Shown piece by piece: positions 30,883 to 46,629 of a DNA stretch of 64,000 bases; within the stretch, counting starts at the first letter, position 1, and every line of letters begins with the position of its first letter. The DNA comes from the human T2T-CHM13v2.0 reference genome, Homo sapiens. Under the pieces are notes generated by a model, which was not told the origin of the DNA, did no database searches, and saw only the letters and a program-made list of their open reading frames with translations. The stretch lies in the NCBI RefSeq assembly GCF_009914755.1, contig NC_060930.1. One strand, written 5' to 3'. A program made the position numbers and the translations under genes.

Positions 30883-31853
30883 CTGTAATACAAAAAATAA
30901 AGAATTAAAAATATCCTAAAGGAACCAGTAGCAGCAGAAATAATCTGTTTCAAAAAATAATCCCAGAAGGACAAAATTAAGAAGCAACAGATGGCTCCCT
31001 TCCTAAAAACAACTTAGAAATCATTATGTGTCATAAATCAGAAGATCTTGTAGAAATTCTAGATATAGATTTTGTAGGAGCTCCTTATTACACAACAATA
31101 CGTACATGGAACAATTCCAAATTCACTGTCACACCAGACATGCAGTTACTAGTTACACTTACTTCTAATCAAATTTAACATGTTCTCAGTTTTTCATATA
31201 GAATAGCAACGTACAAACATATAAGGAACTAAGCTATTCGCAAACATGAATACATTAGCAAAATAGGTGCTGTCTGTGCCTTATGTATACCATCAATAAC
31301 TGAACTTTTTCAGTATTTTACATTAATTAAGCTTTTCCCTTCTTTGACCTACTAATGTGATAAAACATGTCTTTTAAGACCCCAAAAAGTAGGGATATTA
31401 CATTTAACCTAGTGAAAATCTGAAGATACTTTGACTCTTACGTCAACTACAATGAATGCTCATTCAAAATAGCAGTCTACAGAAAACAGGTTACCCACAG
31501 CTGTATTTACATTAATTGCCTAACTGTATTACAGATTACATATTTTATATCAATACTACTGATATTAAATGTTTAATGTTACAGTCAACCAATTAGAGAA
31601 AATGAAGATTTTTATCATGACACCAGCTCTAATACATTTAACAATGTGTATGTGATGTTCCAATATACTGATTATATTTGAAGCCCTACTTACTGTACAT
31701 TTTGGCATAGTTCTTCTACACTATTTGATGAAATGCAAAAATAATTAGAGCTTAAGCCTATATAACTTTCACAATATATAACAAATTTAGAGCAGTTTTA
31801 GTTTTGTGATCATTTACTGGAAAAAAGTATATACATAAAATATTTCTGAGCTA

Positions 31854-31956
31854 TAGGTTGGTGCAAAAATAATTGCGGTTTTGCCTTTTTTTAAAAAAAA
31901 AGCTTTTTACCATTAAAATAATGGCAAAAACTGCAATTATTTTTGCACCAACCTAA
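31854..31956. mobile_element. MADE1 (Hsmar1-derived MITE), palindromic, with extended centre
   Basis: taggttggtgcaaaaataattgcggttttgcc ... ggcaaaaactgcaattatttttgcaccaacctaa followed by TA. Confidence 0.92.
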
Positions 31957-32348
31957 TATATATTCTGAGCAAAGAGAATTATCTTTTTTACTGATACAGA
32001 ATGCAACAAAATGTTAAGAATTTAAAAAATAAGTTTGTAAATAGTTTTACATTAGTATTTACAGCAAATTCTATTAATATTCACAGGCTCTAATGTAACA
32101 GATGAGCAGAACAAATCTCATTTAGAGAGACAGATATTAGAACATTCTTAAAACCTAAACATTTATTCAGAGCAAAATTAACTGTAATTTAAGTAAATTA
32201 ATCTGAATTATGAAGGCAACTAAATGCATTGCTTTCATTACTACCTTATGGATTATAGCTCTAGATTTTTTTTAATTTTTGGTACATCTGCTCACATAAG
32301 TTCCAAGCAACCATTTACCTGAAACTCATTACAAAAATATGCAAATAG

Positions 32349-32582
<234 letters not shown>

Positions 32583-32846
32583 TAAAATTTTATAAGTTAA
32601 ATTACAGCCAAATGACAAAAGCAATGAAATTATATTTTAAAGTATTAAATTAGTGTGACAATGTAAGTAATTATGTGTTTGTTTACTTGTTTAGGTTTAA
32701 AGCAAATCAGTAAGGTTAGTTTAATGGAAAACACACACACATAGATGCTTTGGAACCTGATGGACCATCATTTGAGTCTTTGTCATTGCTAATGTTACTT
32801 ATTTTTAGACACTTCTCTTTACACACTGGTGAATTATTTTGATTAA

Positions 32847-33278
<432 letters not shown>

Positions 33279-33849
33279 TGAAATCCTGTCATTTCTAACA
33301 ACACAGATGGAACTGGAGGTTATTATGCTAAGTGAAATAAGGCAGGCACAGAAAGACAAACATCACATGTTCTCACTTATTTTGGGGATCTAAAAATCAA
33401 AACAGTTGAATTCATGAGATAGTAGAGGATGGCTATTATAGGCTGGGAAAGGTAGTGGGAGGAAGAGGAGGGAGGTGGGGATGGTTAATGAGTACAAAAC
33501 TAATAGAAAGAATGAATAAGGCCTAGTATTTGATAGCACAACAGGGTAACTATAATCAATAGTAGTTATACATTTTTAAATAACTAAAGGAGTGTAATTG
33601 GATAATTTGTAATACAAAGGATAAATGCTTAAAGGGATGGAGACCCCCTTTAACACCATGTGATTATTATGCATTGCATGTCTGTATCAAAAGATCTCAT
33701 GTACCCCATAAATATATACACCTACTACATACCCACAAAAACTAAAATTAAAAAATAAAAAGATTTTATATTTTTAAAGGGAAAAAACAAGTAGCTACCC
33801 ATAATTTGTTTTTAGATGCATTATTTGAGGAAACATTTTTAAAAAGGGC

Positions 33850-34330
33850 CTTGGGCCGAGTTCAGTTTCTAGGTCTATCACTTATCAAGAGTGCGACCTT
33901 AGGCCAAGTTAACATTTCTGTACCTCAGTATCCTCATCTGTAAAACAGGGGTAAAACGGAACCTATTTCAGAGTTGCTGGGAGAATTAAATGAGTGTGAT
34001 ACATGTAAAGTGCTTAGTACAATGTCCAATATGCTCAATAAATATTAGTATTTTTATTAGGTTCAACAAGTTCTAGCCAATCCTTCAATGACTAACTGCC
34101 ACTTAGTTTGGCACAGTGGTTAAAAGGGGTTTCTGACATTATACCTCTAGTAGTATTTAAATCCTGGCTCCAGTACCACCTGCTAACAATGTAACCTGCT
34201 GTGCCCCAGGTTTTTCCCTTATCTGCCCCAGAGATAATAACTGTACCTTTCTCAAAGGGTTGTTATAGGGATTGAGATAACAAATGTGAAATGCTTAGTA
34301 CTAGCTTGGCAGACTAAGCGCCTAATAATC
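33850..34330 (+). mobile_element. Two adjacent MIR copies (~33850-34055 and ~34108-34330)
   Basis: gaccttaggccaagttaac...cctcagtatcctcatctgtaaaa...tgtaaagtgcttag...ctcaataaatatt; second copy ggcacagtggttaa...gggttgttatagggattg. Confidence 0.75.
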
Positions 34331-34794
34331 ACAAATAAAAATTTGTAATCATCATATTATATGCATATTTTAGGATTCCTAGTCTCTTTACACCTAAGTC
34401 TAAATATACTTGGACAGCTTCCTCCTACCCAGAGACCTCTGGAGCTAGCTTATGGTTCACTTAGCCACTTAGACTACCCATTTAAGAAACAGCATCTTTG
34501 CTCGTGAGTTGGTAATACACACATACAAGTGAATTTATAAAGATATTTGAGTTCCCAAAGTTGAATTGATTCATTCAACTAATGCAGATGCAGGATTTCT
34601 AAAGTCATTTCCCCCAGCAGAATATACAAAAGCATTATAGCTAAATACAATTTTTGCCTTTGATTATTAATTAAATCCTATGTGACATAAACAGTATAAA
34701 TCTATATCCTGCCAAATTTTTGGCAGTTTTCAACTATGTGTAAACACATAAAGAAAATAGGTGTTCCAAGGCTTATATCTAAAGAGCAATGGAT

Positions 34795-35122
34795 TGTTCT
34801 TGTTTTTGTGTTTTTAATAAGACAGGATCTTGGCCCTGTCGCAGAGGCTACAGTACAGTGGTGAGATCACAGCTCACTTCAGCCTTTAACTCCTGGGCTC
34901 AAGCAAGCCTCTCACCTCAGACCCCTGAGTAGCTGGGACTATAAGTGTGTACCACCATGTCTGGCGTTTGTTGTTGTTGTTGTTTGTTTGTTTGAATTTC
35001 TGTAGAGACAAGATCTTGCTCTGTTACTTAGGCTGGTCTCAAAGTTCTGAACTCAAGTGATCCTCCTTCCTTGACCTCCCAAAGTCCTGGGATTAGATAA
35101 GAATGAGCCACTGTGCCCAGCC
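34795..35122 (-). mobile_element. AluJ
   Basis: gagatcacagctcacttcagcctttaactcctgggctcaagc (J-type)...gagccactgtgcccagcc. Confidence 0.88.
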
Positions 35123-36245
35123 AGAGTACTCATTCTTATGCCTGAACTCTGAATTTAAAAATTTTAAGGGACAAGAATAGGAAAGAATATAGGAATAGGA
35201 AAGAATATTACTTATAAATACCTAGAAAAAACTTTGAAGTCCAAAAATAAAAAAATTACTAAGTTGTATATAACAACTCTATTGAACATAATGCAAGCTA
35301 TTAAAATACATATAAATATCTATGGTAAAATATTAAGAAAACAAAATTATATATATATTCCTAATTATATCTATATAAAAACATTCATGGAGAAAAAATA
35401 CTGTATTAGGGTAGTGGTTTATATGTGATTCTACATAAAGGTTCTGAAAAAATCATTTATATGGACAAGCTTACTTCTCAAGCATCCAGAAACATGAAAT
35501 GTTATTGTACTTAGCAATAAAATCCTCAAGAAGCACAAATAAGGTGTGAGTTTAATTCTGTAAAACATTTTCTGTTCCTATCCCAATTTGAACATTGCTA
35601 ATCACTTTTTCTTCTCTAAAACAATAAGACAGGAAAAGAGAAAGGTATCCCCATCAGGTCCATGAGGAGGTTAAAAAACAGTAGCAACAATTAACAATTA
35701 ACTATTGCTACTGTCCATATACATCAGTAAAATATTTCAACTTTTATCTATCTACAGAAAGACTTTAAATACGAGGGATGCAACTGAAGTGAAGTCAACT
35801 TGCTTTGTCCAAAGAACCATGTTTTAAATCACAATCTTTTTTCAAATGAAGTAGTTTTGTTACTCGAGCTACCATGGCCCCCAAGCTGCCATAAGAACCA
35901 CTCTACAAGAATGTTCATATACATGAAGTTAAAGAAGCATGTGTTGCATTACAAACAATTATCTAAACACTACTGTTTTTAAAATAACAAAGGCATACAT
36001 ATATTATTTTATTAAATAACTCAACTTGGGTTGCTAATTTATACATAGCAGTCAGAGATAATTACTGATATATACCTTCTAATCTGAATGACTTTCCACC
36101 CCGAGTGGCAGAAATGGCCATTTCAACACTGTGAAATCAACTGAATAATCAATTGAATACACTACTTTCTTGTTCAAAGACTATCCATGGAGCAAATACA
36201 CTATTTCCTCTCCCCACTACATCCACTTAAAAGATATGGTATAGA

Positions 36246-36595
<350 letters not shown>

Positions 36596-37178
36596 CTAGT
36601 CCTGGCCTTGCCAATTTTTAAACATAGTTTTAACTATGGGAAAGTCATTTAACCATTTCAGTGCCCTTAATCCAAAGATAATACTATCCAGCCAACTTGT
36701 TTTGATAAACCGAAGTATTAATATGGGCGACTGCACAAATGCAAAATGTTATTATGGGGAGGGAGGGGAATACATCTATCTACCTTGATGCAGTTTAGTG
36801 AAACTTCAATGATTCTGTCTCCCTACATTTTCCTAGATCTAAAATAAAATCTAAAGTTTATAGATTCAGTAGCATCAATAATTAAAATTATTCTAAAGAA
36901 CAGCATTAGAAATTCTTAAGATTAAGTTCTGAGCATCAAAAGCAGCTATTAAAACTATGCAGCACATAGAAAGGAGTGGTAATAAAACAGGTAAATGCTG
37001 AAGGAAAGAGCTAGGATTAGGATAAAGAGAAAAAAAAATGTGAACATGAGAAACTTTCTTTGAAACATAAAAAAAGGGGAGGAATAAAAATAAAACAGGT
37101 TAGTAAAGAGCCAAAAGAGGATTTCTATTATTTACTCAAGGAGAAAAAGTAAATGTATTCCTATTGTCGACTACTTTA

Positions 37179-37355
<177 letters not shown>

Positions 37356-37612
37356 TCACAGAAAAAAAATCTTTACAAGAGTGACACAGTCAAAATAAAA
37401 TCTACTTTTTGCCATACAAATAGCAACTAACAACAACAGTTAGAAAATGGCAAGAATTTACCAAGGTTATGTTATTTAAAGTCCATATATTTATAAAGAA
37501 AGCAGACATACTCCTGTCTTCATTTTAGTTGGCCTTATATACTGGATTATAAAGGTGATTATAAAAGTAACTTCTTAAAATTTAATAACCAAAAGTGACT
37601 TCATTAAATTTA

Positions 37613-37936
<324 letters not shown>

Positions 37937-38872
37937 TCAAAATCTTAACACTGATAAATCTACCTGTTCTGTCCACTTCTGAACAAGTATATTTTTAAAT
38001 ACCAAAAAGTGTTAAATACTTGTGTTAGCTTACACAAAGCTCTTTATTAAACCACTTAAAAAGAGCACTTGTGTACTCACCAGCAAATAAGAGAAGTGGG
38101 ATAAGATAATTAATATTTACCTTTGGTTCCCTATCTACTATCAAAGTACCCTCAATGTGGATTTCTGTAAAAGAAATTGAACTTCTGAAATAAAAAAAAA
38201 AAATCATAGCTGCAAAACAAATGCAAGCTACAATGGTGACTAATATTATCTATTTTGTTTTGTAATACAAAACTAAAAGTAAGCTTGTTTGGGGCTTTTT
38301 CTCTCAGGAAGCTGTGAGTTTCCTATCACTGATCTTCAGCTAAAAACATGACATTATCTAAAGCCAGTTATCAGAAAAAAATTAATCTCATCTGTATGAA
38401 GTCAATAAAAATACATAATTACTTGTTTACTCTGCCATAGTAGTGTAAGTCCAGAAAGAAATTGTAAAGGATATGGAGTTTCCTATGAATATCTATATTT
38501 ACAAATGAACATTCCCATTTTATATAGCCAAAATAGAGATAGAACATTCAGACTCTATTTTTATTTTTTATTATAATAATTTTAAATATATAAGAAAGTA
38601 GAAAGAATAGTATCGTTAATCCCCATATATCTACTTCCCAGATTCAAAACTTAATATTTTTGCCACATTTTCTAGTCTTTAACACAAGGTTAAAAGAGAA
38701 AACACACACTTTTGCAAAATTACTGAATATTTTACAGGATACAGTTTTACTAAGGGTTCATGTTAGAATGCTTAACGACCTTCCAATCTAATTCTTAAAG
38801 AAACACCTTCATATCTGACATTAGAAAGAACTCAGAGGACCTATGGAGGCATATAATTCAGACAACTTTCTG

Positions 38873-38932
38873 CATCATAGTGACAATAAATATAACATAT
38901 AAATCATCATACTGACAATAAATATAACATAT
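38873..38932. repeat. Tandem duplication, period 32 bp
   Basis: catcata(g/c)tgacaataaatataacatat at 38873 and 38905. Confidence 0.9.
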
Positions 38933-39227
38933 TAATGTTTCCAAACAGAGTATGTTAAATGCTGTATCTTAAATCAGACTCTGCCAATGATACCTAAAAC
39001 ACCCCCCAATTAACGATAAAACCAGTTCCTCTGATTAAGCTTTGGAGTAAAATAAATGGGTTACTAACCACTATAAAGACCAGTAAAACTTAACTTTGGT
39101 CAACTATCCATGTTGTTGTCTAGTATTCTTATCACATACCCTTAACCTCACCTCAGGCTCTTCATCTATAAAATACGGAGGTTAAAATGGATGGCCTTTA
39201 AAGTTCCCTAAACCTTTAAAATTAAGC

Positions 39228-40240
39228 GATTCATGCATTCATTTATCCCTTTGTCTTGTGACTATGTGACAACCACTAAAGATATAAGAATGAGATATAA
39301 AGACACAGTATTCTTGTCCTTGTGAAGCAAGACAGAAGAATGTAAATGTGATAACGTCCTATGTATTATATAGGACATATAAACACTTATATGTCCTAAG
39401 TGTTTAACCACTGTTAATCAGCAGAGATTCAAACAAGGAAACAGTCTACTTTTTCTGAGAGATGCAGAGGTACGGGGTGGAAAGGAACCCAGAAGTGGTG
39501 ATGCTTGAATAGAGTCTCACGCAAGAAGAGGCAATGTAATGTAGCTTAGAGGACAGCCTTCAGGGTCAAATGCATGACTTTGGACATGTTACATACACTT
39601 CTTGTGCCTCAGATTTCTCACCTATGCGTACCTCATAGGATTGTCACAAAACTAAATGAGGGTGAAGAGATGAGACAGTGTCTGACACATGGTTACAGCT
39701 TTATCTTCTAACACTGCTTTTGCTGGTGACAGTATTCATATTCTTATTTTAATAATATCATTATTATTATTTTAAAAAGAGCATTCCATAATGTGACTAT
39801 AAAGTATGGTCAAAAGCATGAAAATGTGAAACAATGTGAGTAGTTCATAGAACTGCAAGCAGCCTGCAAGGTAATTTAGAGTGTGAGGTGAAGGCATAAG
39901 GATGAAAAAGTAAAAAAAATTTGTGAAAGGCCTTTTACGGTTTACTAAGAAAAGTGGTGTGTAATGAGGGTCACTGAAGATATCAAACAGGTGAGTATCA
40001 GGATCATACTTGTGTTTTCTAAAGATCATCCTGGCATCAGTGTGAATTAGGCTAAGACAGAAAGGAGACCAGCTGAAAGTTGTTAAAATAGTATGGTCAG
40101 GAGAGAATAAGTGGTAACACAAATTATTATAGCAAAAAAGAATAATCAAAGACATGGTTATAACAGCTGTTTGGGGAATAAAAGGGATAAGGAGCACATC
40201 ACTGATTATCTGTTGGAAGTGAAGGAAGAGCTGTAGCAGA
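39228..40240 (-). mobile_element. L2 fragments with an embedded MIR piece (~39530-39700)
   Basis: attcatgcattcatttatcc tail; gtaatgagggtcactgaagat...ttctaaagatcatcctggc; MIR-like tgtgcctcagatttctcacctatg...cctcataggattgt. Confidence 0.5.
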
Positions 40241-41240
40241 CTATGACTCCCAGAAAGCTGGTCTATACGCACATCGGAAACACATTAGGGATTTGCTGAG
40301 TAAAAAAAATGCTTTAGGGCATTCATTCAAATTAAGTTCTCTACATTTCACAAATTGAATCAACATATTCACTACATTTGGTTATCTTCCCAAAACTGAA
40401 GCAATTTTGGTTCTCACCTGCATTCAGTACACAAAGAATTTTAAGTACACTACAGTAGGTAGACCATATAACAAAAGTAAAATCATGACATCATGTTATG
40501 CTTCACAATACTGATACAATTCATATCATTCTTATGAATCTTTGAATAAGAGTGTGTTTTACATTCCACTATAAAGATGCTTCACATATTTTTCATGTTA
40601 ACAAATAAAAACACCAGTCTTTTGACCAAAATGTCAGTTTTAATGAAAGGAGCAATGGTAATCTGTGACCTAAAATTAACCTCCAGTGACTTTCACCAAT
40701 TAAAATGTAACAGGAAGTCCTACTATATTCCTACTGGGTTTATCATTTAGTTATCTTACCACTTTAGTATTGCTTGATTAAATTTGCTCTTTTTAGACAA
40801 GTGCTGAAAACAAACAAAAATGCATATGCTTCCCTCTGAGTGCATATTATCTCAATTAACCTTTCTTTTCTTCCATCAAATTGCCAGAGAGAGAAATTTT
40901 TGACCATCCTTTCACAAAAATCTCTCCATTATCCTCTTCCATGACCCACAGAAGTTTGCTGCCCCTACCCCTAATTCTACCCCTCAGGACTCCCGGAAGA
41001 TTTTCCAACAGAATTACAAGCATTCTTAAGCAATTTCTATCTCATATATCATCGCTTGTGATAATTAATTTAACTTTATGGAAATTTGAAACAAAAGATA
41101 ATCTGAGCATAAATTCAATGAAACTCTTTTAAGATGACTATACAATATACAAGTACTCAAAAATAATTGACTAGAAGAACTGCAGAGGAAAAATTAAATG
41201 TATTGGGAAAAAATGTTTAAAGCACTATAAATGTGTTTTA

Positions 41241-41531
41241 TTTTATTATTTATACATTTCCTTATTTACTTTGAGACAGTCTTGCTCTGTTACCCTGGCT
41301 GGAGTACAGTGGCGTGATCATGGCTCACTGTGACCTCCACCTCCCAGGTTCAAGTGGTTCTCATGCCTCAGCCTCCTGAGTAGCTGGGATTACAGATGTG
41401 CACCACTACACCCAGTTAATTTCTGTATCTTTACTAGAGATGGGGTTTCGCCCTGGTGACCAGGCTGGTCTCGAACTCCTGGCCTCAAGTAATCCACCCA
41501 CCTTGGCCTCCCAACGTGCTGGGATTACAGG
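41241..41531 (-). mobile_element. Alu (S/J), slightly 5'-truncated
   Basis: Perfect TSD ctataaatgtgtttta at 41225-41240 and 41532-41547. Confidence 0.92.
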
Positions 41532-42628
41532 CTATAAATGTGTTTTAAATAAATGAGGAAGAATGAATTAAAAATCGATAAATATGATTATTTTAAAAAA
41601 GACCAAAATGTCTAACATAATTTGAACAGATACACTCTCTTTTCCATAAGCCTACCTCTAGTTCCACGAATGTTACTAAGATCAATAAGCCAAAGAGTAA
41701 GATATTATAGTCTTTTGACCAAAGAAAAATAAAATGTTAAAACCAAGTTATGGATATTAAAAATAATGTTACGTAAATGGTGAAAAGGGGCAATGACATA
41801 AGATATACCTCTTCTAAGGTGTATGAAAGAAAAGGAAGTAGGGAGAGATCATGTAACCTCAGCAAAAACAAAACAAAACAAAATCTGAGGATTAAAAGTG
41901 AGAGGGAGAGAACAACAAGCGAATGAACTAAAAAAGTGAAGAAAGTTTGGAAATGCAGTGGAATAAAAGCAGTAAGAAAGGTGGAAAAATTCTGCAAGCA
42001 ACAATTAAAGACCTGCTAAATTTAAATAGCATGATGTTAGAAATACCTCAACTGACATAGTTTTTTCAGCAAAGCTCCAATACTCAAGGGAAAACTAAGT
42101 AGTCATTTCTTTTCAGTAACATCTCAATGTTGCTGGGGATTGCTGCTCGGGCTAGGAATTGGCAAAGTAAGAAAACTTGAAAGTACAAAGTGTAAGTGAA
42201 AATAAGTGATTATGCTGGAAATGTTTTACCTAAGAATGATAATTGAGTTTTAAATGCCTGTTAAGAGTTTGTATTTAACCTGCTGAGGTAGTCACTAGAC
42301 AATTTGTAAGCAGACAAGACATGGTCACTATAGTATTTTAGCCAGATCCTGCTAATGTTTATGTGAGTAATAGATCTGAAGCTACAAGAAGAGGTTTAGG
42401 TTAGAGATAGAGATCTGGGTGTTATCAGTTTATACCATAGTAGTCAAAACAATGATAGCAGATGAGATTACGAAGAGAGACCACTTAGTGTAGATTTTTA
42501 TCTGGAAAACTATGAACAGGTTTTAAGAAATCCATGGGGTGGGTACAAAATTTAAAATCTTTTTTATAATTCATTTTAAAATCAAATTATTGTGCTATTG
42601 TTTAATCACAAAGATAAGAGAGTAGTAA

Positions 42629-42982
<354 letters not shown>

Positions 42983-43663
42983 TAAAATGGTTATAATTAC
43001 TGCGAAAGAGTGCTCATTAATATTATCATTTGTTTATATCAAACTTAGCATAAGCTGGAAAAATCTCAAGCAAATCTGTATAGCCCTTAGCTTATTTAAA
43101 TCCCAAAACAAAATGAGACACCAAATTTACAGGGTTTCTTTTTAAGTCAAGACAATCTTGTCATCAAAGGATGAAGCCAAGGAAGCTAAAAGAGTACATC
43201 TCTATACTTGAAAACACAACAGCATAGATATTATTTATGAGAAAGTGTGTTGAGAAAGGGTGGGAATTAAACAAAATTTACATTTTTCCAATCCTAACAA
43301 TTTGGCTTCAAGTACTCTAAAATTAGCTTAGTCTACTGCCACACCTGAAAAAAACACACATATTATGATAAAGAAATGTGCCTTAAAAACAGTCAACACA
43401 CTTCTGCACTTTAGGATGAAGGAAGAAAACAGCATCAGATATTTACTTTGTAACCACTGTTATTTCTTCTAGTACTTTTACAGTATGGAGGTAATGGTAC
43501 CAATTACTTTTCCTTTCAGCATGCAGCTGGATTTCTTACTATAAGCAATTAGTATTTTTTTCTGTATATCCAAAAAAAGTTCTGATTTTGTAAATCCCTT
43601 TAAAAACTTCAACATTCTTCAAAATAAAAAGTTTCAGAGGCAAGACTCAAATAAAAACAAATA

Positions 43664-45995
43664 TAGTCATACTTCCTAGATACCGCAGGCTCAGTTCCAG
43701 ACCACTGCAATTAAGCAAGTATTCCAACGAAGCAAACCACACAAATTTTTTGGTTTCCAAGTGCATGTAAGAGTTACGTTTACATTATGCTGCAGTGTAT
43801 TAAGTGTGCAATAGTATTATGTCTTTAAAAAATGGGCATACATTAACTTAAAAATACTTTATTGCTAAAAAATGCTAATTATCTGAAACTTCAGCAAGTA
43901 GTAATATTTTTGCTGGTGGAGGGCTTTGCCTTGATGCTGACAGCTGTTGGCTGATCAGGGTGGGGTTGCTGAAGGTTGGGGTAGCTGTGACAACTTCTTA
44001 AAATAAGACAACAATGAAGTCTGCTGCATCCATTGGACTCTTCCTTTCACAAGAGATTTCTCTGCAGCATGGAATGCTATCTGACAGCATTTTACCCACA
44101 GTAGAATTTATTTCAAAATTGGAGTCAGCCCTCTCAAATCAAGCCACTGCTTTACCAACTGAGTTCATGTAATAGTCCACATCCTTTGTTTTCATTTCAA
44201 CAATGTTCACAGCATCTTGACCAAGAGTAAATTCCATCTCAAGAAACTACTTTCTTTGCTCATCCATAAGAAGCAACTCCTCCCCCATTTAAGTTTAATC
44301 ATGAGATTGCAGCAATTCAGTCAGACCTTCAGGCTCCACTACTAATTTTAGTTATCTTGCTATTGCAGTTAACTTCCTCCACTGAAGTCTTGAACCCCTG
44401 AAAGTCATCCACAGGGGATGCAATCAACTTCTTCCAAACTCCTGTTAATGTTGACATTCTGACCTCCTCCCAAGAATCACGAATGTTCTTAATGGCATCT
44501 AGAATGGCGATAATAATCGATTCTCAATTACAGGTGAAACAGGAGGTTTTCGATGTACTTTGCCCAGATCCATCAAATGAATTACTATCCATGACAGCTA
44601 CAGCCATATGAAATGTATTTCTTAAATAAGACTTGAAAATCAGAATTACTCCTTGATCCACAGGCTGCAGAATAAATGTATTGTCAGCAAGCATAAAAAC
44701 AACACTAACCACCTTGTATATTTCCATCAGGGTTCCTGGGTGACCAGGCATCTTGTTAATGAACAGTAATATCTTGAAAGGAATCTTTTTTTTTTTCTGA
44801 GCAGTAGGTATCAACAGTGGGCTTAAAATATTCAGTAAACCACGCTATAAAAAGATATGCTGTCATCCAGACTTTGTAGTTCCCTTTACAGAGCACAAGC
44901 AAAGTAGTTTAGCATAATTCTTATGGTCCTAGAATTTAAAAAATGGTAAATGAACACTGGTTTCAACTTCAAGTCACTAGCTGCATCAGCCCTGAACAAA
45001 AGAGTCAGCCTGCTTTTTGAAGCTTTGAAGCCAGGCATTGACTTCTCTCTAATTATGAAAGTCCTAGATGATGTATTTTTCCAATACACAGCTGTTTCAC
45101 CTGTAATTGAGAATCTATTGCTTAGTGTAGCAACTTTCTTCAATGATCTTAGCTAGGTCTTTTGGATAATTTGCGGCAACTACTTCATTAGCACTTGTTG
45201 CTTCACGTTGCACTTTTATGTTATGGAGATGGCTTTTTTCCTTAAACCTCGTAAGCCAACCTCTGCTAGCTCCAACTTTTCTTATGTAGCTTCCTCATCT
45301 CTCAGCCTTCACAGAATTAAGAGTCAGGGTCTTGCTTTGGATTAGCCTTTGGCTTAAAAGAGTATTGTGGCTAGTTTTGATCTCCTATAGAGACCACTTA
45401 AACTTTCTCTATATCAGCAATGAGCTCTTTAACTTTCTCATCATTTGTGTGCTCACTGGAGTAGCACGTTTAATTTCCTTCAAGAACTTTTGCTTTACAT
45501 TCACAACTTGGCTAACTCTTTTAACATGCATTCCTCACTCGCCTTAATCTTTTCTAACTTTTGAATTAAAGTGAGAGACCTGAGACTCTTCCTCTCACTT
45601 GAACACTAAGAGGCCATTGTAGGGTTATTAATTGGATTAATTTCAATAGGCAGGCCCAAGGAGAGAAAAATGGGGAAGGGCCAGTTGGTGGAGCAATCAG
45701 AACACATGCAACATTCATTAAGTTCGCCATAAGGGTGCAGTTCATGGCACCCTAAAAAGACTTACAATAGGAACATCAGAGATTATAGATCACCATAACA
45801 GTTATAATAATAATGAAAAAGCTTGAAATATTGTGAGAAGTATCGAAATGTGAAAGAGACAAGACTTGAGCATATGTTGTTAGAAAAATGATGCTGACAG
45901 ACTTGCTTTACTCAGGGTTTTCACAAATATACAATTTGTAAAAAATACAGTATTTGCAAAATGCAATAAAGGCACAATGAAACAGGGTACGTCTG
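43664..45995 (-). mobile_element. Tigger1, near full length, decayed
   Basis: Ends tagtcatac...agataccgcaggctcagttccagaccac and gggtacgtctg followed by TA; ORF fragments [16 protein letters not shown] and [14 protein letters not shown]...[20 protein letters not shown]. Confidence 0.95.
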
Positions 45996-46629
45996 TATTA
46001 GCATTTTTCATAAAGCCTAGGCAGTGTCTAGTAACACATTTGACTTTAATGTTCTCATGAAGAAAAGTTCCACAGGTCTTTATGACGTGGCTTTCTACTG
46101 TTAGGCACTTTGGTATTAAAATTATCCTCAAAATCCAGAAAAAAATGGCCTACGTACTGCCATGAAAACTTCAAACAACTTCAGACACAGGGCCATGAAT
46201 CACTTCAATTCGATGCAGAAACCAAACAGCACCTAAAGTCTATGCCCCCAAATTTTAATAATTTAATGAGTTTCCAGAGGTTAAGCTTCAAAAGGCCTAA
46301 TTGAACTATTTATTTATTTAAAGAAAAGCTAAGTTTCAGAACAACTTGATAGAGCTCTTTCTGGTATGGCTTATTTACAGATACTCTGACTACATAAATG
46401 AAATACAGGCCTTTCTATGCAAGGCCAAGAAGTCAATTTAGGCCCAGATGTTGCAAAACTATGAAGTAGACAATTAGAGAGGACAATTCTGTTCAGTAAT
46501 AAAGTAATTTACAGGAAGCAGCATAAATGACAAGGAATGGTTGAATTCTCTAAGTGAAATCATGCCCCAAAGAGTTAAAGAAATCAACGACTAACATTGA
46601 TTAACACTGAATGACTAATATTCTTTGAG

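Noticed and set aside
39772-40272. Longest ORF in the track (166 aa, minus strand)
   Set aside because: Lies over decayed L2 sequence, has an F/L/I-rich composition typical of AT-rich noncoding DNA, and has no recognisable domain.
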